DNA of 64,000 nucleotides from Mobula birostris (GCF_030028105.1 NC_092397.1:23756630-23820629); one strand, 5' to 3'. Positions 41,350-53,666 are shown, counted from the stretch's first letter. A program made the numbers and translations. Notes: generated from the sequence alone by a model not told the origin.

Positions 41350-41562
41350 CACGAATTAAATAGGCAGCGCCCAGAGGTGTATGCTAATGAGGGATGGGAT
41401 GCCTAGGTTTCTCAATGGCTATTTGAAGTAACGTTCATGCAGTAAGATAATTTGATTGGATAGCTAAAGGAATTCGTTCAACCAATCAGAACTCGTTCTG
41501 CACTACCCAGTGTTCGTTTTGGGTAACACCGTGGACAGGGACCTGTCGCCGATCTGGTGAGT
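41350..41562. promoter_or_regulatory. H2B-1 promoter, probably bidirectional, with plus-strand splice donor at 41557
   Basis: TATTTAA on minus strand ~41356; octamer variant ATGCTAAT 41381; ATTGG 41455; CCAAT 41482; CTG|GTGAGT at 41557. Confidence 0.7.
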
Positions 41563-41865
41563 TGCCGCTGCCGGTTAATTCCGCAGGAAGGAAATCTAAA
41601 ATACAAAATGGACCAACTACAGCGGCAGTATTCGGTCATTCGGCCCGTCGTATCTGCTAGAAAAGCAGATGGAATGAGGAAAACACACAGTTGATAATAT
41701 GAAACGTTTATGTAATGAAACAGGACAGCAGGAGACCGAAGGTCAAATGGACCAGGTGAAAGATAAATTTACTGCAGCAGCATCATAAACACATAGTATC
41801 CACGATACAGTGCCCACAAGAACTAAACTGCTGTACAGAATTGTAAAAAGAGAAGAGAATTAGCA

Positions 41866-41970
41866 GTTAGTCCTGACGAAGGGTCTCGGCCCAAAATGTC
41901 GACTGTACCTCTTTCCCAGAGATGCTGCCTGGCCTGCTGCGTTCATCAGCAACTTTGATGTGTGTTGCAG
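41866..41970 (+). mobile_element. Penelope-derived short element, hammerhead core mutated (GAAA to AAAA)
   Basis: gtc CTGACGA agggtctcggccc AAAA tgtc gac, then gatgctgcctggcctgctgcgttca. Confidence 0.7.
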
Positions 41971-42094
41971 AGAATTTGAACGAGTCTCAAGACAGTCCAT
42001 TGCAGTGTAAATTGATCAAAGTGGTGCTGTCTTGAGGTGGGGAGGAGCGTTGTTGGGTTTTGTTAAAGTACGTAATGTCTGTACATTACGTACA

Positions 42095-42272
42095 GGGTTC
42101 ATTCTGTACCCGTCAGCCTCTGGTACAGTGTGAGAGTGTGGAGTTCATTCTGTACCTGTCAGTCTCTGGTACAGTGTGAGAGTGTGGGGTTCATTCTGTA
42201 CCCGTCAGTCTCTGGTACAGTGTGAGAGTGTGAGGTTCATTCTGTACCTGTCAGTCTCTGGTACAGTGTGGG
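42095..42272. repeat. 46-bp minisatellite, ~4 copies
   Basis: gggttcattctgtaccYgtcagtctctggtacagtgtgagagtgtg starting at 42095, 42141, 42187, 42233. Confidence 0.92.
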
Positions 42273-42384
42273 AGTTGGTACTTGGCACTGTGTCTCCCAG
42301 TCTCTCATGCAGTGTAAATGTAGAAACTTCTTTCAGATTCATCCTCACAATTGAATTATTTTTAGCTTTTTAAACAATATCACA

Positions 42385-42820
42385 CAATGCGATGTGGCCA
42401 CACATTTGTTGGAGGAACAACACCTTATGGGTGGCTTCCAACCTGACGGCATGAACATCGAACTCTCGCATTTCTGGTAATGCCTCCCACACCCCCCCCT
42501 TCACCATTTCCCATCATCTTGCCCACCCACCATCTCCCTCTGGTGCTCCTCTCCCCTTTTCTTTCTTCCATGGCCTCCTGTCTCTTTCACTAATCAACTT
42601 CCCAGCCCCCTACAGGTTTCACACTCACCTTATTTTCTCTCTCCCCTTCCCCACCTTTTAAATCTACTCCTCAGATTTTCTCCTAAGTCCTGCCGAAGGG
42701 TTTTGTCCCAAAACAGTGGCTGTGTTTTTTTTCTATAGATGCTGCCTGACCCGCTGAGTTTGTTCAGCATTTGTGTGTGTGGCTTGGATTTCCAGCAACT
42801 GTAGATTTTCTCCTGTTTGT
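42385..42820 (+). mobile_element. Penelope-like element 3' end with degenerate hammerhead region
   Basis: ttggaggaacaacacctt...caacctgacggcatgaacatcgaa (LEEQHL..QPDGMNIE), pyrimidine tract, then the short-element module. Confidence 0.7.
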
Positions 42821-43525
42821 GACACAATGCTGTACATCAGTATCTCAGTGATGACGTATCTGGTTACGTTGTACTAATCTGAATGGACTTTGGAGCAGAG
42901 CATCCAGAGTAACAAGCCCAGACCATTCAACCCAACTCTGGTCTTGTGATAAATGTGTAACTTTCCTCGAGTCTCGGTGTGGGAGGGTTTGAATGGTGTG
43001 TATCGTGTAGCAACATTTGAACTGATAGAATTGAGAATGATTTTGACTGTAGATATGTAACCAGTGTGTCCACAGTGATCAGTGATGGGACCTTTGTTTG
43101 ATCAGATTAAAACATACGTGGGCGGATCAGATCGCTGATGACATGAATATTGGTGCAGTTGTGGGTGGCGAGGAAGGTTGTCAAATGGACAGAAGTGGAT
43201 ATAGATCAATTGGAATCATGGATGGAGAAATGGGGGAAATGGATTTTAATCTGGACAAGTGTGAGGAGTTTTACAGGTAAAATGTCAGAAGAAACTCCAC
43301 AGTAAATGGCAGCACCCTTAGGAGCACTAATACACGAGAGAACTTGATGTGTTCCTCTGTATTATCTTGCAAGTGTCACTAAAAGGAAGTAAACTGCTCC
43401 AAAGATCACAGAGCGGGAGCAGTAAGAGGATTCAGTGGGGGGGGTGGGGTCGCTGTAGGGTAATGTCATGGCTGGAAATGTGCGTAATTAATGACCACTG
43501 ACATTCTGTTGTGTTTCTCTTTTAG

Positions 43526-43546
43526 AAGCTGGACTGCTGTTATGAT
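43526..43546 (+). other. Candidate 21-nt microexon
   Basis: Branch-like cactgac ~43496-43502, polypyrimidine tgtttctcttttAG, exon aagctggactgctgttatgat, donor GTAAGT. Confidence 0.6.
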
Positions 43547-44105
43547 GTAAGTATGTGAAGTTTTTTTTTAAACTGTGCTTTATGTTTCTGTATTTGGAGG
43601 ACAATAAATGAGTTATGGTTTTCCTGAAATAGAAAATGCCTCATGCCATTTTATTTGTAAAAGTCTTCACACTGCAAGAATACCGCAGTATCAATCTGCA
43701 CCAAGAAAACCTGATCACATTCTCTTGAGGGTTAATGGCATTGCTGACTCTGAGTTTACTACCGTCGAATGCCAGCAGGGTCACAATCAGCAGAAACTCT
43801 CACAAAGCAGCTCTGTTTGTATTGTGTGCTTAGTAGGTCTGTGGGAGATACCCAGAATGTGAAGCTATAGTAATGGAGAGAGACACACTGAGCCAAGTCA
43901 CAGCTTGATAGGCAGAGAGGAAAACAGAGAATTTGATGTTGTGTCCTTATGCCTGAACTATGCCCAGTTAGAAGTGTTGTTCCTCCGCACAGTGTTCAGC
44001 CTCACTGTAACAGTGTGACATCAGACATCAACATGAAAACCAAAATAATCTCAGCTGAGATGTATTCTCTTTCACCTGTTGATCATCTTTGCAAACATTT
44101 TACAG

Positions 44106-44700
44106 GCAGAAAAGGCAAAGAATTTCTGTCTGAGAATCTCAAATGCAACAGCGTGTCACTTCTGCTGTGTCTGTCGGTTCCCCAGCATTTGAATGCTACC
44201 AATCACTGAATATGAAGGGGGAGATGGTTGAGAAGACAGCACACCAGAGTCCCAATACGTGGACTTGTCCATGGACTGACCTGATAAATGGCCATAGAGT
44301 TGATAACAGTGAGTTGGCGTTCACCGCCTCTCATTTTGGAAGGGATTCACCAGGCCACTGCACCTGCAGATACACCAGCAAGTTCACACGGGGAGAGGCC
44401 ATTCACCTGCTCCATGGCGGACGGGATTCATTCAGTCACAAGCTATTGCAACACCAGCCAGTTCACACCGGTGAGCAGCTAGACTTGGCTCTGTTGTCTC
44501 TGTCTCTCAGTATAGCTTCACACCTGTTCCAAGTGTGGGAGGAGATTCATTCAGTTCACCCACCGTGTGAGGCTCCAGTGAGTTTACAATTCATAGAGGA
44601 CACACTTCTGTCCTGAGTCAGCAAAGAAATTTACTCAAGTCATCCCACCTGCTGAAACACCAGCAACTTCACATCAGGGAGGAAGTTATAAGAAGCTGTA
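44106..44700 (+). pseudogene. Decayed C2H2 zinc-finger terminal exon
   Basis: Acceptor ttttacAG at 44105; remnants HQQVHT-GERPFTCS, HQPVHTGE, CSKCGRRF, HLLKHQQLH with frameshifts and lost Cys. Confidence 0.8.
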
Positions 44701-45734
44701 TATGGGACTGTTAATGTCAGATTCCACAGATATTGTGGCTGCTCATCAGACCCAGGACTGAACCCTGGTTACTGAGCATTGAGGGGGTTCATCCCACCAT
44801 CTTAAAATACACTGATGTTTAATATTGTGGATCTGTCATAGACAAATAGATCAATTCCATTTCAAATCCTGTGTCTCAGGTGCTTCCTCCCTGTCACACT
44901 GATAATGAACAGTCGAGAGGCCACCCAGTCCAGCTGGTACCTGCTTGTGTTCCTATTGCACACCAGAGCTTTCAACCCCATCCCTGCCGTTCACCACTAA
45001 CTCACCCTATAATGTTCAGGATGTAACTGGTCACCGGTCTGGTGATGAAGAGGTTTACCTTGAATTCACTCCACGACTTTCTGTAAACTGCAGAGGATTA
45101 ATTTACTGTGGTTTTCTCCCAAATATTCCTCATCCCTCACAGCTCTGGACCAAGGCTGAAGTCTTGTGTTGTTAAAATCTTCCTGTCCCACTCTATTCAT
45201 TGCTTTGTGTCATTTTCACTGATTTCGAAGGGCTGTGCCTCACCCTGCCGGGCTGTTGCAATACAACACTCTCCTCTAAATTACGACAGCAGAATGGTGG
45301 AGCAGAAACAAGAGGGGTCAGCACAAATGAGGGCTTTGGAGCTCCAGATGTGATGGAGGCTCGAGTTTACAGAGAGTAGAAGGAGGGAATCAGACCAGGA
45401 GGATGAGGCTGCAAATGAAAGTTCAGCAACATTTGGAAACTGATTGACTGAAAAAAGAGGTTTATGTTTGCAAAATACTGGAGGGACTCAGTGCCCCCCA
45501 GCAGCATCTGTGCAGACAAATAAATAGTTGATATTATGGGCCAAGACACTTCATCCTATCTAGACTGTTTATTCCTCTGTTTAGCTGCTGCCTGACCTGC
45601 TGAGTTCCCGCAGTACTTTGTGTGTGTCACTTTACAGTTTATTCCCAGCATCTGCTGAACCTCGAGTTTCATATCTGCATTTCTAAATGAGTGGAACTGT
45701 GACAGTTGTCATACAAAATGCTTGTTGACATTGA

Positions 45735-45920
45735 GTAATAAACAGGAGAAAATCTGCAGATGCTGGAAATCCAAGGAACACACACAAAATGCTGGAGAAA
45801 CTCTGCAGGCCAGGCAGCATCTGTGGATAAAAGTACAGCTGACGTTTTGGGCTGAGATTCTTCAGCAGGACTGGAGAAAAAACAATGAGGAGTAAATTTT
45901 AAAAGGTGGGGGAGGGGAGA
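45735..45920 (-). mobile_element. Penelope-derived short element
   Basis: aaatctgcagatgctggaaatcc...ggccaggcagcatct...gacgttttgggctgagattcttcagcaggac. Confidence 0.65.
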
Positions 45921-45949
45921 GAGAATTCTTAAATTCACACAAAGAAACT

Positions 45950-47260
45950 CTACATCACTAATACTATCATTGCTGCAGCTGGTTTCCAACACATTAAGAT
46001 ATTCTTGTAAAACCTTATTGCTACATTGTTTAGTCTCTCCACCTATTTTGATTATGAATTGCAGCAAATGACCGAGCCAGGACTCAACCGTCTCTCCTTC
46101 AGGAACAATTGTATTACCTTCTTTAATCAATATTCGGAACCCTATGAATCCCACACCCCCATTTTCTTAGTCATTCCCCAAACATCTTCAAGTTTAATAG
46201 TCCTTCCAATACTTTCACAATATGACCTCCAGTAAATCTTTTTCACAAGCTTCATTACTTTCCTCACCACGGCCTGTGACCTGTTACACTTAATATGATT
46301 ACGCGGAGAGTGATACTTCCTAACTTTCCGAAATGCCACGTTTCTCTCAGTAACTGCCTCTGCACACTCCTCCGTCCACCACGGTACAGCTTTTCTCCCA
46401 CTACTGCACTTTTTAAATTGAATCTCTGCCACCACTATTTGATGAATAATGTCACAACGTTTCTTTGCAGAAATCCACATCATCCTCACCATTCAGCCCA
46501 GACAGACACTCAGCACATAAAACATTCAAACTTCTCCCAATTTGCTTTACCAGAGTTCCACCTCCTAAAAGTGGCCTCATGCCCCCTATATAAATCCAAA
46601 CCCAAGCTTATAAACATAGGGAAACGATCACTCCCCAATGCTTCATCTCCCATGACATCCCACTACTCACTCCAATGTTCAAAACTAAAGTTAAATTTAC
46701 AGCATTTTCAGAACTATTATGAACATTAAATCTCGTACCTCTCCCACCATAAAGACTAACAGGATATGAAATATCTGAAACTCTTCTATAAACAAAATAT
46801 TACCAATCTGAGAACAACCCCACAGTAAATTAACTATGTGTTAAAATCCCCACACCATACAACGCTTAGTGAGCTAGAGCTACGTATACTCTCCAACAAA
46901 TCAATCGGAAGCTTTCCACAATGGTTATAATAATACACAAACACGAGGAAATCTGCAGATGCTGGAATTTCAAGCAACACGCATAAAAGTTGCTGGTGAA
47001 CGCAGCAGGCCAGGCAGCATCTCTAGGAAGAGGTACAGTCGACGTTATAATAATATACCACTTTATTGCCCCTACCTGTGGAATCAAATGTCTTCAAATG
47101 CCTCATACATTTCATTTACATCCACAACTTTATGGCCTCTCCCTCTCTTTAAAAAAAACTTGCAAGACCACCTCCTCTACCAACTAATCTATCACGCTTA
47201 ATTACAATATAACACTGGAAGGAAGAACTTAAATGCGATAACAATCAGGTTTCCTGAATA
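45950..47260 (-). mobile_element. I/Nimb-like LINE fragment (endonuclease to linker region)
   Basis: AVPWWTEECAEAV...YWRSYCESIGRTIKLEDVWGMTKKMG (46142..46492); RDRLVGRGGG near 47170-47200. Confidence 0.6.
46936..47043 (-). mobile_element. 108-bp Penelope-derived insertion with 12-bp TSD
   Basis: gttataataata at 46924-46935 and 47044-47055. Confidence 0.8.
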
Positions 47261-47339
47261 CATATAACATCACATAGATTTGATAAATCAGAAATAAACG
47301 AAGTTTTGACCATTAGAAATCAGGCTTCTGAAAATCGCC

Positions 47340-47790
47340 CTTCTGATGCAGGCGGGGCGGGAGGTGCGGAATGTAGTGGGGCGTTTATGATTGGTGAACC
47401 AGTGCCCATTCTGATTTGAAAGAGCAAATATTCCAATCACAGAGCTGCCTTATTCACCAATCAGACTGTAGAAGCGCGGAAAATACCGTCTAACCGCCGA
47501 AATAAACTGAAATTTGCAATACACCGCCAAAAAAGCCTTTGTTGCTGAAATTAAACCACAACAGGTTTGTTTGTCGGCTCTTTACCCCCGTTACTGGAGT
47601 CCGACACACTTAAACAAAGTGTAGTTAATATTGCGATGGTGTCTGAGAAATTAGTTCACCGATATCTTTCAATTGATAAACGATTGGAATAAAACCGGTC
47701 CTCAGCTGCTGTTCGCGGTCGGTCATTGTGTAAACTCAAGTCAGTTTAGCAAGGGGTCACCCGTCAGAAAGTGGAGCTTTAACAAGTACT
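47340..47790 (-). promoter_or_regulatory. Orphan H2A-type promoter and spacer (no CDS)
   Basis: ccaatcacagagctgccttattcaccaatca...agaagcgcgga...ccgccaaaaaa and the following spacer align to ~40195-40600. Confidence 0.75.
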
Positions 47791-48112
47791 CTGAACGACC
47801 CGTGACAGTGTTCAGCTCTTGCGTCGGAATGGGGTTAAGAGAAGTATCGAAAATGGGACAAAGCTTAATGAACCCACGGTATTTAAACCAGAAACATTAG
47901 CGTCCATGTCAGAGAAATCTGATGACCGAGAGGAAGCGACGGGGAAACGGGTGTGTAACGATTCCGTGTCTGGGCAGTTGGCAGGAATTAACAGAGAAAT
48001 TGGGATTATACTGAGCAGCGGACAGCAAGTTCTGATTAACGGGGATAAGATTCTGAATGAGCATTTCAACAAAAAATTCCAAATTTACCTCAATTCCATG
48101 TCTCAATATCGT

Positions 48113-48154
48113 GTAACTCTTTTAATGAAACCGTGAGTGGCTCTTAAAAGAGCC
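48113..48154 (-). terminator. Histone stem-loop and HDE (H2B-2)
   Basis: Minus strand GGCTCTTTTAAGAGCC, then AAAGAGTTAC. Confidence 0.93.
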
Positions 48155-48191
48155 TTTGATTTTCCGGTTTGTTTTGTCAGTGAACTTGTCT

Positions 48192-48566
48192 TCACTTGGA
48201 GCTGGTGTACTTGGTCACCGCCTTTGTCCCTTCGGACACGGCGTGCTTGGCCAGCTCCCCGGGCAGCAGCAGCCGCACGGCGGTCTGGATCTCCCGGGAG
48301 CTGATGGTGGACCGCTTGTTGTAATGGGCCAGGCGGGAAGCCTCGCCCGCGATGCGCTCGAAAATATCGTTGACGAATGAATTCATGATGCTCATGGCCT
48401 TGGAGGAGATGCCGGTGTCGGGGTGAACCTGCTTCATCACTTTGTAGATGTAGATGGCGTAAGTCTCCTTCCTCGACCTCTTGCGCTTCTTGCCAGTCTT
48501 GCTCGCTGGTTTGGACAAAGCTTTCTTGGCGCCCTTCTTGGGAGCGGGTTTCGCTGGATCAGGCAT
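48192..48566 (-). CDS. H2B: Histone H2B (124 aa; ATG at 48566)
   Basis: [19 protein letters not shown]...[11 protein letters not shown]...TKYTSSK. Confidence 0.98.
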   Translation of the reverse strand: MPDPAKPAPKKGAKKALSKPASKTGKKRKRSRKETYAIYIYKVMKQVHPDTGISSKAMSIMNSFVNDIFERIAGEASRLAHYNKRSTISSREIQTAVRLLLPGELAKHAVSEGTKAVTKYTSSK

Positions 48567-48609
48567 TTCCTCGTCGGTTTCAAACACAATAATAAGCAGA
48601 AGCTGTTCG

Positions 48610-48760
48610 GAGCGCGGATTAAATAGGCAGCGCCCAAAGCGGTATGTTAATGAGGATGGGAATGCTGAGCATTTCCATTGGCTGTTTGGAGAAATGAATC
48701 ACCAATCGGAACGCTGGGGGATGGGAAGCGGCGCCAATGGGCGGGGTTTACCGCTGTCGT
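48610..48760 (-). promoter_or_regulatory. H2B-2 promoter
   Basis: TATTTAA on minus strand, octamer-like ATGTTAAT, ATTGG/CCAAT boxes, GC box. Confidence 0.75.
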
Positions 48761-49964
48761 TTGATGCGGGAGGAAGTACTGAAGGGCAGAGACAGGCCGG
48801 GGTGCGGGCTGAAATTGAAAAGGGAAACGCAAATTTCAAAAGCCGAATGAAAATAAAATCAGATGAAATATTGTAAAATTAAACACTAGGACATTTAGTT
48901 CATGACATAGGGCTGCAGGAGAGTGAAGGAGAGATTTGGACATTTCAGTGTAAAGTTTAAATCGAGTTTATTTATGCACAGGTGAAAGGAACAAAGTATT
49001 TGTAGCAGCATCACAGACATTGCATCAGAGACACAACACTGACAAGAAACACTGAAATTAAATATGAATTATACCAAAATATTCAAACAGACAGAAGACT
49101 ATCAGAACAAAATCAAAATAACAAACAGATTATGCCGGCAGTGGGAGAATCATCCCTCTTGTGCTTCTTCATCTCGTCACTCTGGATTCAGTGTCACACA
49201 ACGCTGCCACTTTGGTCTGGCCCATGCCTTCATTAACCAAGTCCAACACTTGCCTTTATTGCATCTTCCTTCTCCTTACACTGGTCATCGGGTTTGTGGG
49301 GGTGTGTGCCCCCTTGAACCTCAGGATTAGGTTTGAGGGTAGGGCTGGTGGATGTATATGCGGGGCTGGGAGAGATAATGCTGTGGAGTTTAGTATGGTG
49401 AGATAGGTGGGGCTATGGTGGATAGGGTAGTGTAGTGGAGTCACTTCAATCTTGCCCATTCCTTTCATTAACGTGGCCTGACACCACTTGGCTTAATGAA
49501 CCGGGTGTTGCAAAGGGACACATCGTCAGTAATGCAACCTGGGGTCATTGGGTGTTTTGGGTCTTTAATCATGAGACATCCTCGCCCAGGCAACCCAGCC
49601 AGGGTTAATCAGGCCCGCTTGTGTTTATCCCATGGATCAAGGTAATGAGAGGCATGTAATTCTGCATGTTGTGGGTATTTTAAACCTTGTTACTTGGCTT
49701 TATTTTGACCATTTGGGGAGTAGAATGTTCTGAGGCCTAGTAATCAGGCTTTACCTCCAAGTAAGGTTCAACTTTCCTACTTTCAATTTAGAATTGTCTT
49801 TATTTTGCATCTGTATGCCTGGGATTGCATGGGTTAAATTAACAGTGTTCACTGCAGTACAAATTAGTGATTAGGTCTGTGGAGATTGGTCCATAATTCC
49901 AAAATGCAAACATCTCTGAAATCCAGATTTTTTTGTGCGGACATGACATCACAAATGGAGAATT

Positions 49965-50430
49965 TTACTCAGGAGTAAATGGCTTGCCTAATGAAGAGAG
50001 TTTCACGGCTCTGGGCCTCTATTCATTGGAACTTCGAAGAAAGAAGGGTTACCAAATTGAAACCTATCAAATAGTGAAAGGGCTTGATTGAGTGGATGTG
50101 GAGAGGATTTTTCCTGTGATGGGTGTGTCTAAAACTGGACCACACAGCTTCAAAATAGAGGGTCATCCTTTTAGAATGGAAATGAGGAGGAATTTCTTCA
50201 GCCAGAGAGTGGTGAATCCGTGAATTTTTTTGCTACAGGCAGCTGTGGAGGCCAAATCACTGGGTATAGGCAGAGATTGATAGATTCTTGATTGGTCAGG
50301 GCATGAAGGGATACAATGGAAGGCAGGAGATTGGGGCTGAGAGGAAAAATTGATCAGTGATGATGAAATGCCAGAGAAGGCTAAACAGGCAAAATGGTCG
50401 AATTCTGCTCCTGTATCTTATGGTCTTATG
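49965..50430 (+). mobile_element. CR1 LINE 3' fragment
   Basis: LGLYSLELRRK...FRMEMRRNFFSQRVVN, tail tcttatggtcttatgg. Confidence 0.8.
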
Positions 50431-50593
50431 GACTCACTTAGTGACTAAATCTCTCCCAGAGATCTCAGCTTTGACTCAACCCAGCAACTGAGGCTCCACA
50501 TTACTTATATAAGGAATACAGAAGTTCTTTGTTCTCTGATTTACAAAATATCTCATTTCCATCCTGAATGCTTGTCACCTCATTCTGAGCAAC

Positions 50594-50822
50594 AGACACA
50601 AAATGCTGGAGGAAGTCAGCAGGCCGGGCAGCATCTATGGGAAAGAGTAACGAGTCGATGCTTCGGGCTGAGAATCTTCACCCTGAGATCTGATGAAGTG
50701 TCTCGGCCCGAAGTGTCGACTGTTAACTCTTTTTCATAGAGGCTGCCTGTCCTGCTGAGTTCTTCCAGCATTTTGTGTGTGTTGCGTTTGATTTCTAGCA
50801 TCAGCAGATTCTCTCGTGTTTG
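50594..50822. mobile_element. Palindromic (head-to-head) Penelope-derived short element
   Basis: Left arm acacaaaatgctggagga...gtcgatgcttcgggctgaga mirrors right arm tctcggcccgaagtgtcgac...ccagcattttgtgt; CTGATGA near the centre. Confidence 0.75.
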
Positions 50823-52642
50823 TGATTTACACCTCATTCTAAGGGTATTTTCCTCAGATATGGAGTTCTCATTCAGGGGAAAGATCCTCCTTGCCTATTG
50901 CCTGTCATATCCTGAAAGAATCTAACAGATTTCCTCGTTTTCTCATGAACAGCAGGGAATACAGACCCAGCGCACTCACTCTCCTCTCATATAACCAACC
51001 TTCCATCCCCGGAACCAACCCAGTCAGTGTGGGGAACAGTCACTGCACTCCCTCTATTGCAGGGATATCCTTCCTGAGGAAGTGTGACCAAACCTGGACA
51101 CGATACTCAAGGTGTGCTCTCACCAGGGCCCTATATAATCCCAGTGAGACCTCTGTACCCTCTTGTACAATCCCCATGGATCACAGGACAAAATACTGTT
51201 TGAACATAGAACATAGAATAGTACAGCACAGTACAGGCCCTTCGGCCCACAATGTTGTGCCGACCCTCAAACCCTGCCTCCCATATAAATAGAACATAGA
51301 ATAGTACAGCACAGTTCAGGCACTCTCATTACTTGTTGTATCTGCATGTAAACTCAAGTGATTTGTTTACAAGGATGCCCAGGTCCCTCTGAACATCCCT
51401 GTGTGGAAATGACTCTTACAGTTTGTTCCTGGGAATGGGTGATCACACATTTCCCCACATTCTGTTCCATCTGCCACATCCTCAACCGTTCACTCTCCTG
51501 TCTACATCCCCCAAACCTTCTCACTACTGACACTGTCTCTCCCACTCTGCCACAGCAGCAGACGTAGTTACTGAGTTATGCAGCACAGAAACAGGTCCTT
51601 CAGCCCAACACATCCATGCTGACCAAGTGGCCAAACAAAATTATTGTCAGTTGCCTGCATTTGGCCCATGTCCCTGTGAAACTTCCCTCTCCACAGTCCA
51701 AGAGATATTGCAACTGTGCCCACCTACACCACCACTTGGGATAGTTTGTTCCATGTAAACAGCACATTCTGTGTACAAAACCTGCTCCTCAGGGTCCTAT
51801 TTAAATCTTTCCTCTCTCACTTCATATCTGTAATCTCTCGCTTCCAACTCCATAAACCTGGAGATAACAGATTCACTGTTGACCGTATCTATGACTGCCA
51901 TTATTTTATCACCTCTCTAATGTCACATACACTCTGGTGAGAAAGGTCCTGGCCTATGCAGCCTCCTGTTAAATCCCTTTTGCACCCTCTCCAGTTTAAT
52001 GTCACCCTCTGATCCCAGGGCAACTATAACTGTACTCCGTGCTCCGAGAGTAGTTTCCCCGAGGCTGGTAGAGCGGTAACGTGACGTCACAGTCCAGTGG
52101 CCGATACTCTACCCGATGAATGCGAGTGTGGCGAACAGCTTCTTCACCGTCCTGCCTACCTGTGTTTACACTCTGAAGGAATTCGATATCTACACCCCGA
52201 TATCTCTGTTTTACAGCACTCCCAGGGACAGACCATTCCCCACGGCAGTTCTGCCCTGGTTCGTCAATAACAATGGAACATCTCACATTTATCTGTCATT
52301 CCTCAAATCAGTGACCTCATTGATCACCGTCCTGTTGTAATGTTAGTTACATTGTTTCACACTCCACGATATCACCAACTTTAGTGACATCGATAAATTT
52401 GCTGAGCCGGGCAGTGACGTTATCAGCCCTGACTCAGCTCCCAGGCTTTTCCTCGCAGCGATACACGCGCAGTGCTGGAGGAACTCAGCAGGCCAGGCAG
52501 CATCTATGAGAAACTGGAAACCGCCAACGTTTCAGGCCGAGACCCTCCATCAGCATCTGCACAATGGTCTTGTGTTTGGTTTTCCTTCGATCCTAAATTA
52601 CTGGATAACATGACCCATCCTCCAATCCTCTGCCACCACTCC

Positions 52643-52857
52643 TGCCCGAGAAACGCGCAGAGACACAGAGGCGGGGAGGGGAGGAGACAGAGTCAGAGTG
52701 ACGGACAGAGCCGAGAGCGGCCTCTCATCGTCCAGCTCCGTCTTCACTTTAATACACCCGGCAATTTCCAACGGTTTGTCCGAAACACAGAGCTCCAGAG
52801 AGAGAGAAAAAAACGCCCTCTAACACCACGTACAGAAGGAGTTCTAGGAATTTACTG
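52643..52857 (-). promoter_or_regulatory. Orphan H4 promoter, truncated before the TATA box
   Basis: ctgcccgagaaacgcgcagagacacagaggcggggagggg...gtccagctccg mirrors ~26530-26745. Confidence 0.85.
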
Positions 52858-53296
52858 GCGGTCGGACTTCATCGGATCAGAATACAGTGTGATTGGCGCA
52901 GGATCAATTTCAAATTGCCCGCCAATTTCAGAGCACCCAGCAACGGTGATGGAAGACTTTTTTAAAAATTATTTACCGTTAGTTTTATCACGCATTATAC
53001 AATTTCAGTTTCATTTAATAAATTTAATATCTAATCCCCTGAGTTAAGATTTAAATGCATAATTACGGAGTCGCTTCTCTAAACGAGTGAACTGATTCCT
53101 GTCCGAGACGGATAAAAGAATGAAGATCGATCTTAACGCGTTCAGAGGTTCTGAAGTAATCACCGACTGGAAAGGCAGATTCGCAGGAATATTGCAAACC
53201 GAACCGATTAATGTGTTTCAAATGTAACTCAGCTGAATGTATCGATAAAAATAATTAAAAGGTTGTGGATACGGCTCCGTCTGTGAGGCGGTGGGT

Positions 53297-53312
53297 GGCT
53301 CTTAGAAGAGCC
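53297..53312 (-). terminator. Histone 3' stem-loop (H4-2)
   Basis: Minus strand GGCTCT TCTA AGAGCC ACCCA. Confidence 0.95.
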
Positions 53313-53345
53313 TTTGTTTCGTGCTCGGGAGGAAGTGGGAGTTTT

Positions 53346-53666
<321 letters not shown>

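Noticed and set aside
51203-51320. Direct repeat gaacatagaatagtacagcacag
   Set aside because: Two stacked CR1 3' tails; ordinary
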